Shown here: positions 25,732 to 37,500 of the stretch, in pieces
Numbering within the stretch: position 1 is the stretch's first letter
Layout of the letters: each line of letters starts with the position of its first letter
NCBI RefSeq assembly: GCF_964355755.1
Contig: NC_092678.1
Location: 12,708,352 to 12,772,351, forward strand
Length of the DNA stretch: 64,000 bases
Source: Antedon mediterranea
Taxonomy: Eukaryota; Animalia; Echinodermata
Direction of reading: 5' to 3'
Translations under genes and position numbers: made by a program
The notes under the pieces: generated by a model
What the model saw: the letters and a program-made list of their open reading frames with translations, nothing else
What the model was told of the DNA's origin: nothing
Databases searched by the model: none

Positions 25732-25826
25732 TGAGATAGATAAGGTAGGTAACCAAAGCGGAGATTTGTCCCAAAGTTTTCCAATGTGCTCGCCTATGTC
25801 AGAATTAACCATAATTTATATATAGA
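25732..25826 (-). mobile_element. Second copy of the Helitron-like 5' terminus (3' end not found)
   Basis: Closely matches 18271-18366 (GAGATAGAT..GGTAGGTA..CCAA..GCGGAGATTTGT..GTGCTCGCCTATGTCAGAA.TAACCATAATTTATATATAGAT). Confidence 0.5.
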
Positions 25827-25999
25827 TACGAAGGATCAATAGTTTGAAAGTAATCAGTAATAGAATGTGGTGTTCGGTTGTGATAAATATCATAAACAAA
25901 TTTAAGAAAATATAATTCATTTCATAGTTTATAGAACAATGGCGGTATATGATCTCTGAAATGAGAAAAAAAAATACATCTGACAATCATTTTTTAAAG

Positions 26000-26720
26000 A
26001 AAATACGTTCCATATGTTAACATAGGAAATATAAATGGGTTATAAAGTGTAACTAAATTATCTCTAAAAAATGCTTTAATTTAGACAGAAATCCAGCCTT
26101 TTTTCTAGCTCTTTCACAAACATCATCAATGTGGAGTTTCCAAGATAAGTGTTTGTCAAAGTTAATTCTAACAAATTTAATAAATCAACTACCTTTAATT
26201 AAAACATTGTTAATAGTTGAATAACATTGAATTCCAATAACTTAATTTTTAGAATGAAAAATCATATAATTAGTTGCAATTTTAAAGGAAGAAGGAAATA
26301 TTGAAATGAGATATTTAATATATAGCATAGAGGCAAATATATAAATGGTGTTGAAATTGAAATAGATTATCATAACCTGTAGCCTTTTTCTTGTCAAAAG
26401 AAGAAAGTAAATTAACAAGGCCAACATTAATAGATGGTTGGACAAAAAAAGAAAAATTTATTAGGTCATCATTGCGAATATCTTTAGCTAACTCAGAACC
26501 GACATTAGTAAAGAAATGATTAAATTCATTAACAATTGCATTACCATCCATAACATTAACATCAACGTCCGGTTTAGAGACTGTGATTTTGTCTGGTAGT
26601 TTGGTTGGCGATATATAAGTACGGTAGGTTATTTACTATCTGCCATGTTTTTGTGGAATCGTTTTTGTTATTTGAAATTAAATCGTTATAAAAAATGTCT
26701 TTCAGCAGTTCTGAGTATTT
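26000..26720 (-). mobile_element. Degraded, internally deleted LINE (CR1/L2-like) ORF2 fragments
   Basis: Translations include NEFNHFFTNVGSELAKDI and DKHLSWKLHIDDVC..ARKKAGFLSKLKHFL, typical of CR1/L2-clade ORF2, with frame breaks. Confidence 0.65.
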
Positions 26721-27879
26721 TGGTTAAAGTATTTCTGTATCGATTATAATGCCAAAAAAAAAGAAGATTATTCTGTTGGCTACGTTTTGGGTAAATCCCA
26801 AAAATGGGTATGTCGGTAGAAAATTGTTATAGAAAGTTGTTTTTTTTTCAGACCAAAAATGTGTTGGCGGGAAAAAAATAAACAATTTACACAAATGATA
26901 CAAAAAGACTTTTACACATATTTCATAGCACCCTAGGCTCACGGACGCTAGCTTTAAATATTGTTTCGAAAATAGTTTTAAAAAGGTTTATTAAACATCG
27001 GCCTAGCATTTTTAGGCATCCGGGCCTAGAGGGCTGCTAGGCCTAACTACCATTTTGAAAGCCAAAAACAATCAAGATCGAAATAAACTATTTCCGCGCT
27101 ATATGCTACAACCTTACGCGAGTTAATATATGATATTATATCAGATCATAGAGATATTATGTTCACTATAATATCTCTATGATCAGATGAAAAATATTGA
27201 GTTTTATCTATACGTAATTACACTGACATTAAAGATATAACATTAAAATGTTGGCCGTTATGGGCCATATTTCGCCGATTTCTTATCGCGGGAAAAATCC
27301 CACCACCAGAGACATCGATCGATTGAGGCCTAGGCTAGAGGCATTATGTGCATGTCGGAACGGTTGGATTATCGCTATATAAATATTAACAAGAGCTTAC
27401 AACAATCTTAGGTAAATTTTTATTAAAGGTATATAGGCCTACTTGCTTTGCGAAAAGTTCGAAATCGGATCGTAGTAGTAGTCATTGTACAGTAAAACCT
27501 CGTGCGATGACAATGACAATGACAATGACAATGATTCAATGACAATGATTCTTTATTTCTTTATCGACCCTTTTTCAGGGTATGAAAGAACATTCTTTCA
27601 ATCTTATACAGAAACAAACTAAACACTTCCAGACATAAATATTTGGTCTTATACATAATTAATATATCGAAAAGCAACATCGCCTGAACAACCTCGTGCG
27701 ATGTGCGATCTGTTGTTCTTTGCAGCAGATCAACATTAACTCTAGTAGTCCATGGGCTGGAGGGGTTACCATGCACCCCCTCCCCCTACCACCAACAGGT
27801 AAACTTCTTCTGAAACAAAATGATGTTAACAAGAAAAATATAATAATAAAATAGTTCATTCTTATATTGCGTTCTACAA

Positions 27880-28131
27880 GCAAGCTTCTCTACGCTGAAC
27901 ATTGTTACCCCAGTCATTTTTCGTATGGAAACATACTCCCATAATACAGGTAGTAATCAGAGCAAAGTTGTGTCTTGATCTAACCGGGTTCCCATTTATA
28001 CACCTGGGTGGAGAGGCAAACGTAAGTAAAGTATCTTGCCTAAGGATACAAGCAATGCGGCGAGAGTTAGATTCGAACCTCGGTCTCACGATTAGTAGTC
28101 CAACGTCCAACACCCTGCGCCACATGCCCTC
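27880..28131 (-). mobile_element. tRNA-derived SINE (CORE-like body)
   Basis: Minus strand has A-box-like TGGCGCAGGGTG and B-box GGTTCGAATC, then TATCCTTAGGCAAGATACTTTA..TGCCTCTCCACCCAGGTGTATAAATGGG. A fragment of the same body is at ~58163-58190. Confidence 0.65.
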
Positions 28132-30930
28132 ACGTATATAGATATATTAAAAATTGTTAGTTACAGTGTAAATAATGCAATACTAAGAAGAAAGGAATAG
28201 TGTTGTGGGATCAAGGACTAAAGATAAAAAAAAAATGAAGGTTTCAGGTGACAAGACTAATACTGATATCAAAGGACGAGTTATATCATTTCAACAATAT
28301 TTGAAAATGTTTGGAAAACAAAACTACTAATTAATTTTTTATCCTGATACGATGTAAAAATGTACATACCCCACCACCTTCAGCGTCAATAAAGTTAGTG
28401 CCATCGATGCCATATTTGATGCTGTATTTCGAGACTGACCCTCGACTACCTCCTTGAGTCGCCACTTGGGTTATATACGTTATGTTACCAAGATCTACTT
28501 GAATCCATTGACTGACATTGGCGGTAGCAAGTTACCAAGACTTATTGCCATGTAGCCTTCCATGATGGGCTGAAACATTATCGTAGGAACTTGATGCATT
28601 CATCTGGTTATCAGGGATGTCACCACTCTCAATTCCTAGATCCCTATCGCATGATTCTTTAAATAAAATAGTAACTTTATAAAGTCTTCATTCTCTTAGT
28701 CTCAGAAAATATTTTTTCATGATTAACATTTTTAATGTAAACATTATTGAACTAATCAGATAATAGTGAAAATTTTCTATAAATAAATTTCAAAAAGATC
28801 AGTCTTGTAAAAGGTTTTTTTAAAAATAAAATTGCTATTCGTTCAGGTGAATTAAAACTAAAACCGCAAAAGTCGTATCGTCTTGGTAATAAATGCAATA
28901 TTGAAACATAACTTTCTTAAATTTAGGTCTATTAAGATGAGTATTGTTTGGCATATTTCCTCTCCATATCAACAGTATGGAACATACTTGTGGGTACAAA
29001 CACAAACATGCGTTATGAATAGCTAAAATCACTCAAAACCAAGAATGTAAATGTCATATAAATTTCTACTGAATGAAACTTAGGCCTACTGCTATTTCTT
29101 AAACTTTTAATTTAAATTAAATCTTTAAGGGGTTATAATATGCCTATAATTTTACATTTAATTATAAAAATTCAGGTTAAATTTGATTCAGATCTAAAAA
29201 GTTTGACTTTTCAATGGCTTAAACTATTAAGAGACACACAACAACATTTAAAGATAAATGTGAAGATAAAGATAAACCATAAAATAGCAAAATATATTTA
29301 AATATTTTCTAATTCATTTTGTTCTACAGGAAAATGTATATTTATAGTGGATCGTTATCGTCCTAATAACAAATGAAATTTTATTTTGTTTCAGCATTTA
29401 TTAATCTAAAATATAACAGAAGGCCCTCATACCTTTACTCATATGCAGTATTATCCAAAGAAAAACACAGACAATTGTCCAACAAGCCATTATTAAGTTA
29501 TCAAAACAATCCGCAGTTAATCGACATTGTCCAATCCGTCGAAAAAAAACCCCGAATGCTTTACGTCTATAACAATTTCGCTTTGACACACGTAATGATT
29601 TGCGTCGATATTTTAACTTATAACAGTTATAGTGTTATGTGTGAATAAGAAATGTCACATTCTTAATGATTTTTAATTATTATTCAAGGTTAAAAGTGGC
29701 AATTGTATTAATAAATTAAATGAATATTAAATAAAAATAGATAATTTATTCAGAGTCACACAATTTCAATAAAACGATACTTTTAATTCATAACACACCC
29801 TAATCATATTTCATAGTTTTTAATTTAATGCCATATGGGAGTCAGAATAATACTTATATTGTACTATGTTGAATAATGAGTTGATGTTGTTTTGATATTA
29901 AATAATTATACTTTCATGAGAGCGGCATTAAACTTGCTCATAAAACCAAAACGTGCAAGGTAATACAGAATTTTGTATTATTCATTGTCACAGGTTAATT
30001 GGATGGCAACCCTTTTCTTCTAGTACAAATATTGACAATGTAATATTAGCTAAAGCTTGGTTTCCTCTAGAGACGCAATGCAAGGAACGAGCTGACCAAT
30101 GAATTCGAATAACCCACCGCTTGTGATTGGTCAAATGAGGTTGCATTACGTCGTTATGTTGCGTCTCTCTATTAAGATTGATGTGTGATGTCTTTGCATA
30201 CTAATAGAATGGAATTTACCACGTATAGAAAATAGAAACCTTGTTGTTTCTATGATGCACATTAACAGAAGGTATACTTTTGTTAAATTTCATCGAAGAA
30301 TGTAATTTATGATAAAAATTAGAATGTTGTAAATGTAAGACAAATAAGTTTCTCAGTGATTGGCGGTACAAACTGGCCACACAAAGAAATACATAGCGAA
30401 ATAATGTTCAATATTATATTTATTTTTAAAGTTCATAGCATTCTTTACAGTAATGAGATTTTAAACGTGATACATGCGAAATGTAATTATAATAATCGTT
30501 ATATCCCACTACATAAATCCGAATACAAATACATTATTTAAATAATACTGTATATCTAAAATCCAAAGTTAAATTTCAAACAAAGAGACCAAAAATGATT
30601 TTGGGTGATAATGCATTTTTAAGCTTTGCGTACACGATTATTTCTTAAGATTATACACTCTTTCATTGTTACAGTACTTTATGATATTCAAAATGTACGC
30701 ATTTACAGAGGAAAGGTTAGACTTGTCCCAAATTCTTTTTTATATAGTTCACCAGTCGGCATTTCGATGTTACGAGCTCAAATAGGATACGTATAAAAAG
30801 CCATATGTGCCAAAATATTTATCTTTTTACTAATAATAAGTCAAAACCCTTTCTAGAACACAAACTAAGGAAAGATAACATACTGTAGTAAAACTAGTGC
30901 ATTGAACTTATAAACAGTAGGCCTACAAGT

Positions 30931-31645
30931 AGTTGCTGATCTCCAGCAATTGGTACATGATTGTGAAGAGTTTTCGCAAGAGAATGATGTTTTATTTAAT
31001 GATAAGAAATCTTTTTGTATGTGCTTCTGTCCTCGTACTTGCAAACTTGAAGGTAATTCTATTACTAAACTTTTTGGTAAAAAACTTGCTTATGTTGAGA
31101 AAGGTACCTACCTTGGTCATATTCTTATGTGTGATTGCAGTGATGAGGCTGACATTCAAAGTCAGTACAGATCTTTGTGTATTAGAAGCAACTCACTCAA
31201 TCGCAAATTTATGAAATGCTATACCAATGTTAAATGTTGTCTCTTTAGATCTTACTGTATTAATATGTATTGTGCTGCCCTTTGGTGTACGGTAACTATC
31301 GTATGAAAAATATTAGATCTCTTAATGTATGTTACAATAATGCTCTGTGCCGTATACTTAATGTCTCTAGAAGTAGTAGTGCCAGTGCAATGTTTATTGA
31401 ACATGGTGACCCTTCCTTTAATGAGTACATGCGAAAATCTACCTATGGAAGTTTCATGCAACGTATGTTGAATAGTGGTAACATCCTTGTTGCTTGTGTT
31501 TGAAAAATATGCTCCATAACTCCAGAATGTATTGTAGATGGAGAAGCATTCTATATACTTAAGTTTAGAGTTTACGATTTTTGTTTGTTTATACGTTTAT
31601 TAATATGGATGATATTTCCGAAATAAAAAGAAATTGAATTGAATA
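30931..31645 (+). mobile_element. 5'-truncated LINE (RT C-terminal region, RTE-X-like) with frameshifts
   Basis: LQQLVHDCEEFSQENDVLFNDKKS...TYLGH...KCCLFRSYC..MY..ALW, then in a shifted frame YNNALCRILNVSRSSSASAMF. Ends with AATAAA and (TTGAA)n-type tail. Confidence 0.75.
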
Positions 31646-31909
31646 ACTGCTGATGACTTTCACGTTTTTGTTGGTCAATGCTATTAAATTATATCATATT
31701 TAAATAATGTTAAACCATTAATATTTTATTAATGTAACAGTAAGAATATCATGAGTGCGTATTGCATTGGACTGTATTATGCACTTTCAGATGCAAACAA
31801 TAAAAAGACGTTTATACGAATAAATACGGTATTTAAATGTACTGTGAAAAGGGTGATTAAGTAATGCATTCAACTGTTACGCCCATAACAATTTTATAGA
31901 CACATCGTT

Positions 31910-32530
31910 TATTTATTTATTTATTTATTTTCAATCTTTCTACATAGCAAAAAAAAACAAACATATAAGTATAACAGGGGAGTAGCGGAAAAGCAAAAAG
32001 TATTAAACTGTCATCTTGTGATGTGCTTGACCAGCCCCTGTCAACTTGAACGATACAATAAAACCGACATTTAACAAATTTAGAAAAATACATAGAAAAT
32101 ATGGTATAATAAAATGTTAACAAAAGTGTTATAAAAATGCAATTGCTATCTGAACAATCTGATTGTGTAAAAGTTAAAAATTCTGATTGTATAAAAGTTA
32201 AAAATTCTGATTGTATAAAAGTTAAAAATTCTGATTGTATAAAAGTTAAAAATTCTGATTGTGTAAAAGTTAAAAATTCTGATTGTATAAAAGTTAAAAA
32301 TTATGATTGCATTAAAGTTAAAAATTCTGATTGTATAAAAGTTAAAAATTCTGATTTTATAAAAGTTAAAAATTCTGATTGTATAAAAGTTAAAAGTTAA
32401 AAATTCAAAGTAGGTACAATCATGTTAATACAAATATGAACAGTTAAAAATCTATAAAATGTTGCTCTAAACTGTGTTTAAACTTAAAAAACGACTCTTC
32501 ATTTATATTTTAACATTAAAATTTGCCAAA
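31910..32530 (-). mobile_element. Possible LINE 3' remnant (tail and 3'UTR) containing the 24-bp repeat
   Basis: Minus strand ends in (AAAT)n after a short GC patch (GGGGCTGGTCAAGC...CTACTCCCCTG). Weak RT-terminal-like peptide near 32470-32530. Confidence 0.3.
32158..32406. repeat. 24-bp minisatellite, ~10 copies
   Basis: Unit TCTGATTGTATAAAAGTTAAAAAT. Confidence 0.95.
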
Positions 32531-32739
32531 AATTCACAAATTAGAGACTGCTCATTGCTTTGCTCAACCCAAGCAAATAAGTAACAGTTATTTGGTGACA
32601 ATTTCGTGCTGCAAATGATACTGTTTTTATCTTTTTTTTTATTGTACTTTTTGTCGACATTTTGTTTGAATCACATGACCTAAATAGTAAACAATTGAAT
32701 AATGATCTAGTTAATACATGTGACCTGAATACATAAACA

Positions 32740-33230
32740 AGATATCGCTAGTCACTACGTGTCACCAAATAACGCTGCGGCAGCGGCTAGTCAATACATG
32801 TGACAAAATATCGCTATTCACTACATGTGACTAAATATCGCTAGTCACTACGTATGACCAAATATCGCTAGACACTACGTATGACCAAATATCGCTAGAC
32901 ACTACGTGTGACCAAATATCGCTATTCACTACATGTGACCAAATATCGCTATTCACTACATGTGACCAAATATCGCTAGTCACTACGTGTGACCAAATAT
33001 CGCTAGACACTACGTGTGACCAAATATCGCTATTCACTACATGTGACCAAATATCGCTAGTCACGACGTGTGACCAAATATCGCTAGTCACTATGTGTGA
33101 CCAAATATTGCTAGTCATTACATGTGACCAAATATCACTAGTCACTACATGTGACTAAATATCGCTAGTCACTACGTATGACCAAATATCGCTAGTCGCT
33201 ACGTTTGACCAAATATCGCTAGTCACTAAT
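32740..33230. repeat. 27-bp minisatellite, ~17 copies
   Basis: Unit CCAAATATCGCTAGTCACTAC(A/G)TGTGA with variants. Confidence 0.93.
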
Positions 33231-33592
33231 TGATCTAGTTATTATATATGTGACAAAATATCAACAATCTAGTTACGATTTGCGATTGAATATAAATGAC
33301 CTAGTCATCATATGAAACCAATTACCAACAATCTAAACCAAGTACAGCCTACAACTGCTGTGATTTTCGGCCAACATTTTCTGTTCCACTTTTTGGTTGT
33401 GATCTAGTTTTTGACAGAAAGCAACATAATAACAATTAGGAAAGTGGGTTAAAAAAAAGGAATGTTGCTGTATTCTTTTTTAATGTGATTGATTGACTTG
33501 AACATTTGTTATTTGTTGTACTTTACAATGGTCATGCGTTAGTGCAGTATCTTAATGAAGTATTTGGCCAATAAACATCTTTTTTAATATTT

Positions 33593-34047
33593 TTATTCTA
33601 GTTTCATGTCTTCAACCTTGGCAGAGAGATCTTCTGTTTTTAGTTTTTTCTTTCCTCCTTCTTTTTGTTTCTTCTGTTTCTTTCCTTGTTGTTCTTCAAT
33701 TGGTGCTGGTTTAGTGAATTTAATTAATTCTTTCAAGCCTGCAATGAACACAACATCATATACATGAGCTACATATACAGTATTTATATACAAAAAAACA
33801 AATTATCTTAGTTTCAACTCCTGAAGAATAACAATTGGTACACTCTACAAAGTGCTGAAATCAAACTATAATGAAACCAGACTTGGCTACAACGACTCAA
33901 CGTATGCAAACAAAATGTCTTTAGAGGGTTTGTTTTTCTTTTACTTAAACAAAATTAATTTTTACCTCAGGCATAAATGGTCGTAGAATTTCAGGAACAA
34001 CAATGCCCTCTTCAGTTTGATTATTTTCTAGTATACAGCAGATGATT
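33593..34047 (-). pseudogene. SARS1: 3' fragment (last two exons) of cytoplasmic seryl-tRNA synthetase
   Basis: 33966-34047 encodes IICCILENNQTEEGIVVPEILRPFMPE and 33593-33738 encodes GLKELIKFTKPAPIEEQQGKKQKKQKEGGKKK...*, matching the animal cytosolic SerRS C-terminus (ICAILEN.QTE.GI.VPE.L..FMP.GL.ELI.F.KPAPIE..KKQKKQ). Upstream motif-3 sequence is absent and the splice phases mismatch. Confidence 0.85.
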
Positions 34048-34519
34048 TTGTAAAATATGAATAATATTAAAATACCTAAGTGCATACAATATTTAATGAT
34101 ATTTTAATATTATTATATGTTATATGTTTTAATATTAATATATGTTATATGTTTTAATATTAATATATGTTATATATTTTAATATTAATATATGTTTAAC
34201 TGCACTGCACTTCTCACCCGATATTATAACAATTTCATCAGATCTTTAAGTGTTTTATTTAACTGGGTTTGTCAATTTGGGAAACTAAACTGATTTTATG
34301 CAACTTTACTACAATTTAATAATTTAGTTGCTTGTATTGTATAGAATTTATGATTATGAAATGTCTAAGAAATGCACATACAGAATAGTACATAAATGTG
34401 AAGTTTACTGTTTATATTTGACTACAATGTTCCACAAATTATGAGCATTGAGCATGGCACAAAGTAAGGACATAAAACATTGAGTACAGTGATAAAGTGA
34501 CTTGCAACATAATTACTGT

Positions 34520-37500
34520 TTAATGAACATAAGGATTTTTAGAATTTTGACTGGTAGATGATTCTTCGTTAGGTTCTGCAAAGACGCTCCGCAACTGACG
34601 TAAATTGCGTTGTGTTTCATATCCCTCGTCTTGCTGGAGAAGACTTGTAAGCTGTATTAAAACAAACACAACATTATGTGAGGTTCAGTTTAAGAAAAAG
34701 GACAAACATTTTTATTGCATCGAATTATGAGGAATTCTGAACGCAAAAGGCCTTCATTTACAGCTGGTAAATTATCATAGAACCTGATCAAAATTGTATA
34801 ACAAAAGGGTGTCAGCATCAACTTTGGTGTGTGACCATGTTATGATGAATATAAAGAAAGAACAGGCTTATGAAAGATATCATTCAGGGAAGTACTGTAT
34901 ACAAAAAACTGTTAAAATAATTAAGAATGTGTCTTGATGTTAGAATTTGGAAAAGTCACAGAACTGATAGGAAGAGAAGCTACAATATCAAAACACGGAT
35001 TGGTTTTTAATGGATTGCAAAGAAAATAAAAAATACATAAAAAAAATGTTTGGCTGTTCCATTAGAATATTGAAACTTACCTTATCTGTGTGGTCTTTTA
35101 GATAGGTGAAAAGGTGCTCAAGTGTACTGGTTCGGCTAAAAATATCTCTGAAATTCTATTTTTAAAATATAAATTCATTAAATTAAACTCACAAAACTTT
35201 TATTTTAAATATTCTGGAAATGTTTGAACAACATATAAAAAAAACTATTATTCTTACTTTGCCAGAATTGTGTAGTTCTTGGACAAAGCTTGCACGCTGG
35301 AACTCGGCTGTCTGAACCTTCTTATAGAAATTGTCAACAAGACTTCTGTAGTGTGGCATTTCTTTTGTATACAGCAAACGGTTTACTTCAGATTCCTTTG
35401 AAATAAAATAAATACATCGAATAAAATCCTAATTTTGAAAATTTGGTTGCTCTTGACATAAAGTAATTAATTAAAAAACAATGAACAAATAATATAGTTA
35501 TTAAAATAAAGTAATGAGTAATCTATTCATAAAACACATTGCCTTGACATTTGTGGCGATAGTTTGAAGGTAAAATGAACAAAACAAATGTATACAATTA
35601 AAAACAAACAAAAACTATAATAAAACCATAAAAACATTGCATTGACATTTTTGGAAAGAAAAAAAAAACAATAATATATGAAATAAAAAACAATATTGAA
35701 ATAAATTAATGAGTATTAATTTATTCATAAAACAAATTGCCTTGACATTTGTGGCAATAGTTTGAAAATTAAAATGAACAACAACAAAAACAATGTATAA
35801 ATTTAATAACCAAAAATAAACCATAAAATAAAACCATAAAACATTGCCTTGACATTTATTGGCAAGAAAAAAAGTCAATAATATATGAAATAAAAAACGA
35901 AACACAAACCATACAAATAAAACTATAAAATCATTACCTTAATATGTTTGGCAATTGTTTGAAGGTAAAATAAAAACAAAAATAAAAAATGTATGGTTTA
36001 TTGTTTGTATCAGTATTCACTGCTGCTATTTACTATGGCTGCTTAAGTACAATATTTCCTGACCATAACTAGCGGCAGATGTATATAGATTTTTATCAGA
36101 TCAATAAAGGATATGTATCGTTGGCTCATTTTCAACACCATGTTGAACGATACTGGTCCCCGGCAGTGAACCTACTAGGCCTACAACACCATGTTGGACG
36201 ATACTGATCCCTGGCAGTGAACCTACTAGGCCTACAACACCATGTTGGACGATACTGGTCCCTGGCAGTGAACCTACTAGGCCTACAACACCATGTTGGA
36301 CGATACTGGTCCCTGGCAGTGAACCTACTAGGCCTACAACACCATGTTGGACGATACTGGTCCCTGGCAGTGAACATACTTACTTTAGTGAGTTGTATTT
36401 TCTTTGGTGAGCAAGATTCTATAAATGTTCTTGATATAATGCTCAAAGTACCCATTATGGGTCCTGTCTGCTTGATGTCAAATATATATTCAGGGTGTTT
36501 AATAACCTGTACCCAGAATTTAGAGGGTACGCTAAGAGGAAAAGAAAAAAAAAACATTCTATAAAATGTTCTGTGTCAAAATAGAAACAATACCAATATA
36601 AAAAACAAAATACAAAACTCCCTGAAATGATGGATTGGACAAAAAAAATCAATTTGGAACACACCTGTTATTTTTCCAGGTGGTCAACGTAAGGTCATCA
36701 ACACCTTGTTTCTTTGCTTCTTGATCAAATAGATCAAACAGATACTTAACAGATGGAGGAATTGGAGGTTGAGAGCTGGATGCCCAAAATATTGTATTAA
36801 ACATCTCATCCACATATTCTTTAATAGCTTCCTATATAACAAAAAAGAAAATCTTTCAATTAAAAAGTTTTGTGTTGCAGTCATCAGTGAACTAGGTTTT
36901 GACTGGTCACTTATAAGCTCTTCAAACTGAATAAATAAACAAATACATAAAATAAATGATAAATTACCTTTGTTGCCATTGCTCTGAGAAACTTGATTTC
37001 TTTGATGTCTCTTTTGGCATTTCTATGCATATTGAAGAGACTTTTTCTTTTAGGATCACTTCTGCCGACGTTATCTAGTGTCTAAAATAAAAGTAAATTT
37101 ATTGTAATTAACTTATCTTTACATACTACTGTTTTACTAGTTGATAAAAATAGTTAAAATGAAGTTTCATATTTCAATGAAGTGTACATGTTCCATGTAT
37201 TTGAAATGAGATGACCACCATGTCACGTTTAAAAAGGTCAAATGCAAAGATGTCACTAAAGATAAAACATATATTGTTACCAGATGATAATGCTTCATTC
37301 CAGATTCTTCTAAAGACTTCATTGAAATCACACCATTATCTGGTTCCAATGCTGCATTGTCAAACACTAGAAATAACAAAAAAACCAGTGCGATAATATA
37401 CAAATAATGAATATTTATGAGTGTAATGGTACAAATAATGGCATGAGGTGAATGATGAAAGGTTGTTATATATCAATGAGGCAACAGCCTCATTGATATA

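Larger units (their letters stand above)
22856..28656 (-). pseudogene. Disrupted 5' portion of the same gene: two F5/8 type C (discoidin) domains plus linker exons
   Basis: Exon 28370-28656 (LGIESGDIPDNQM..GRLH..SW*..WIQVDLG..VATQG) has TAA at 28532-28534. Exon 24724-24862 (..YIRIY..WPSLRIEL*RC) has TAG at 24734-24736. Exon 24177-24475 has its acceptor AG replaced by AA at 24476-24477. Exons 23500-23638 (RYIRIYP..WPSLRMELYGC) and 23159-23313 are intact. Candidate exon 22856-22941 is 86 nt with stops. Confidence 0.8.

Noticed and set aside
32137-33145. Repetitive ORFs (VKNSDCIK)n and (SDIWSHVV)n
   Set aside because: Translations of 24-bp and 27-bp tandem repeats with no splice or coding context.
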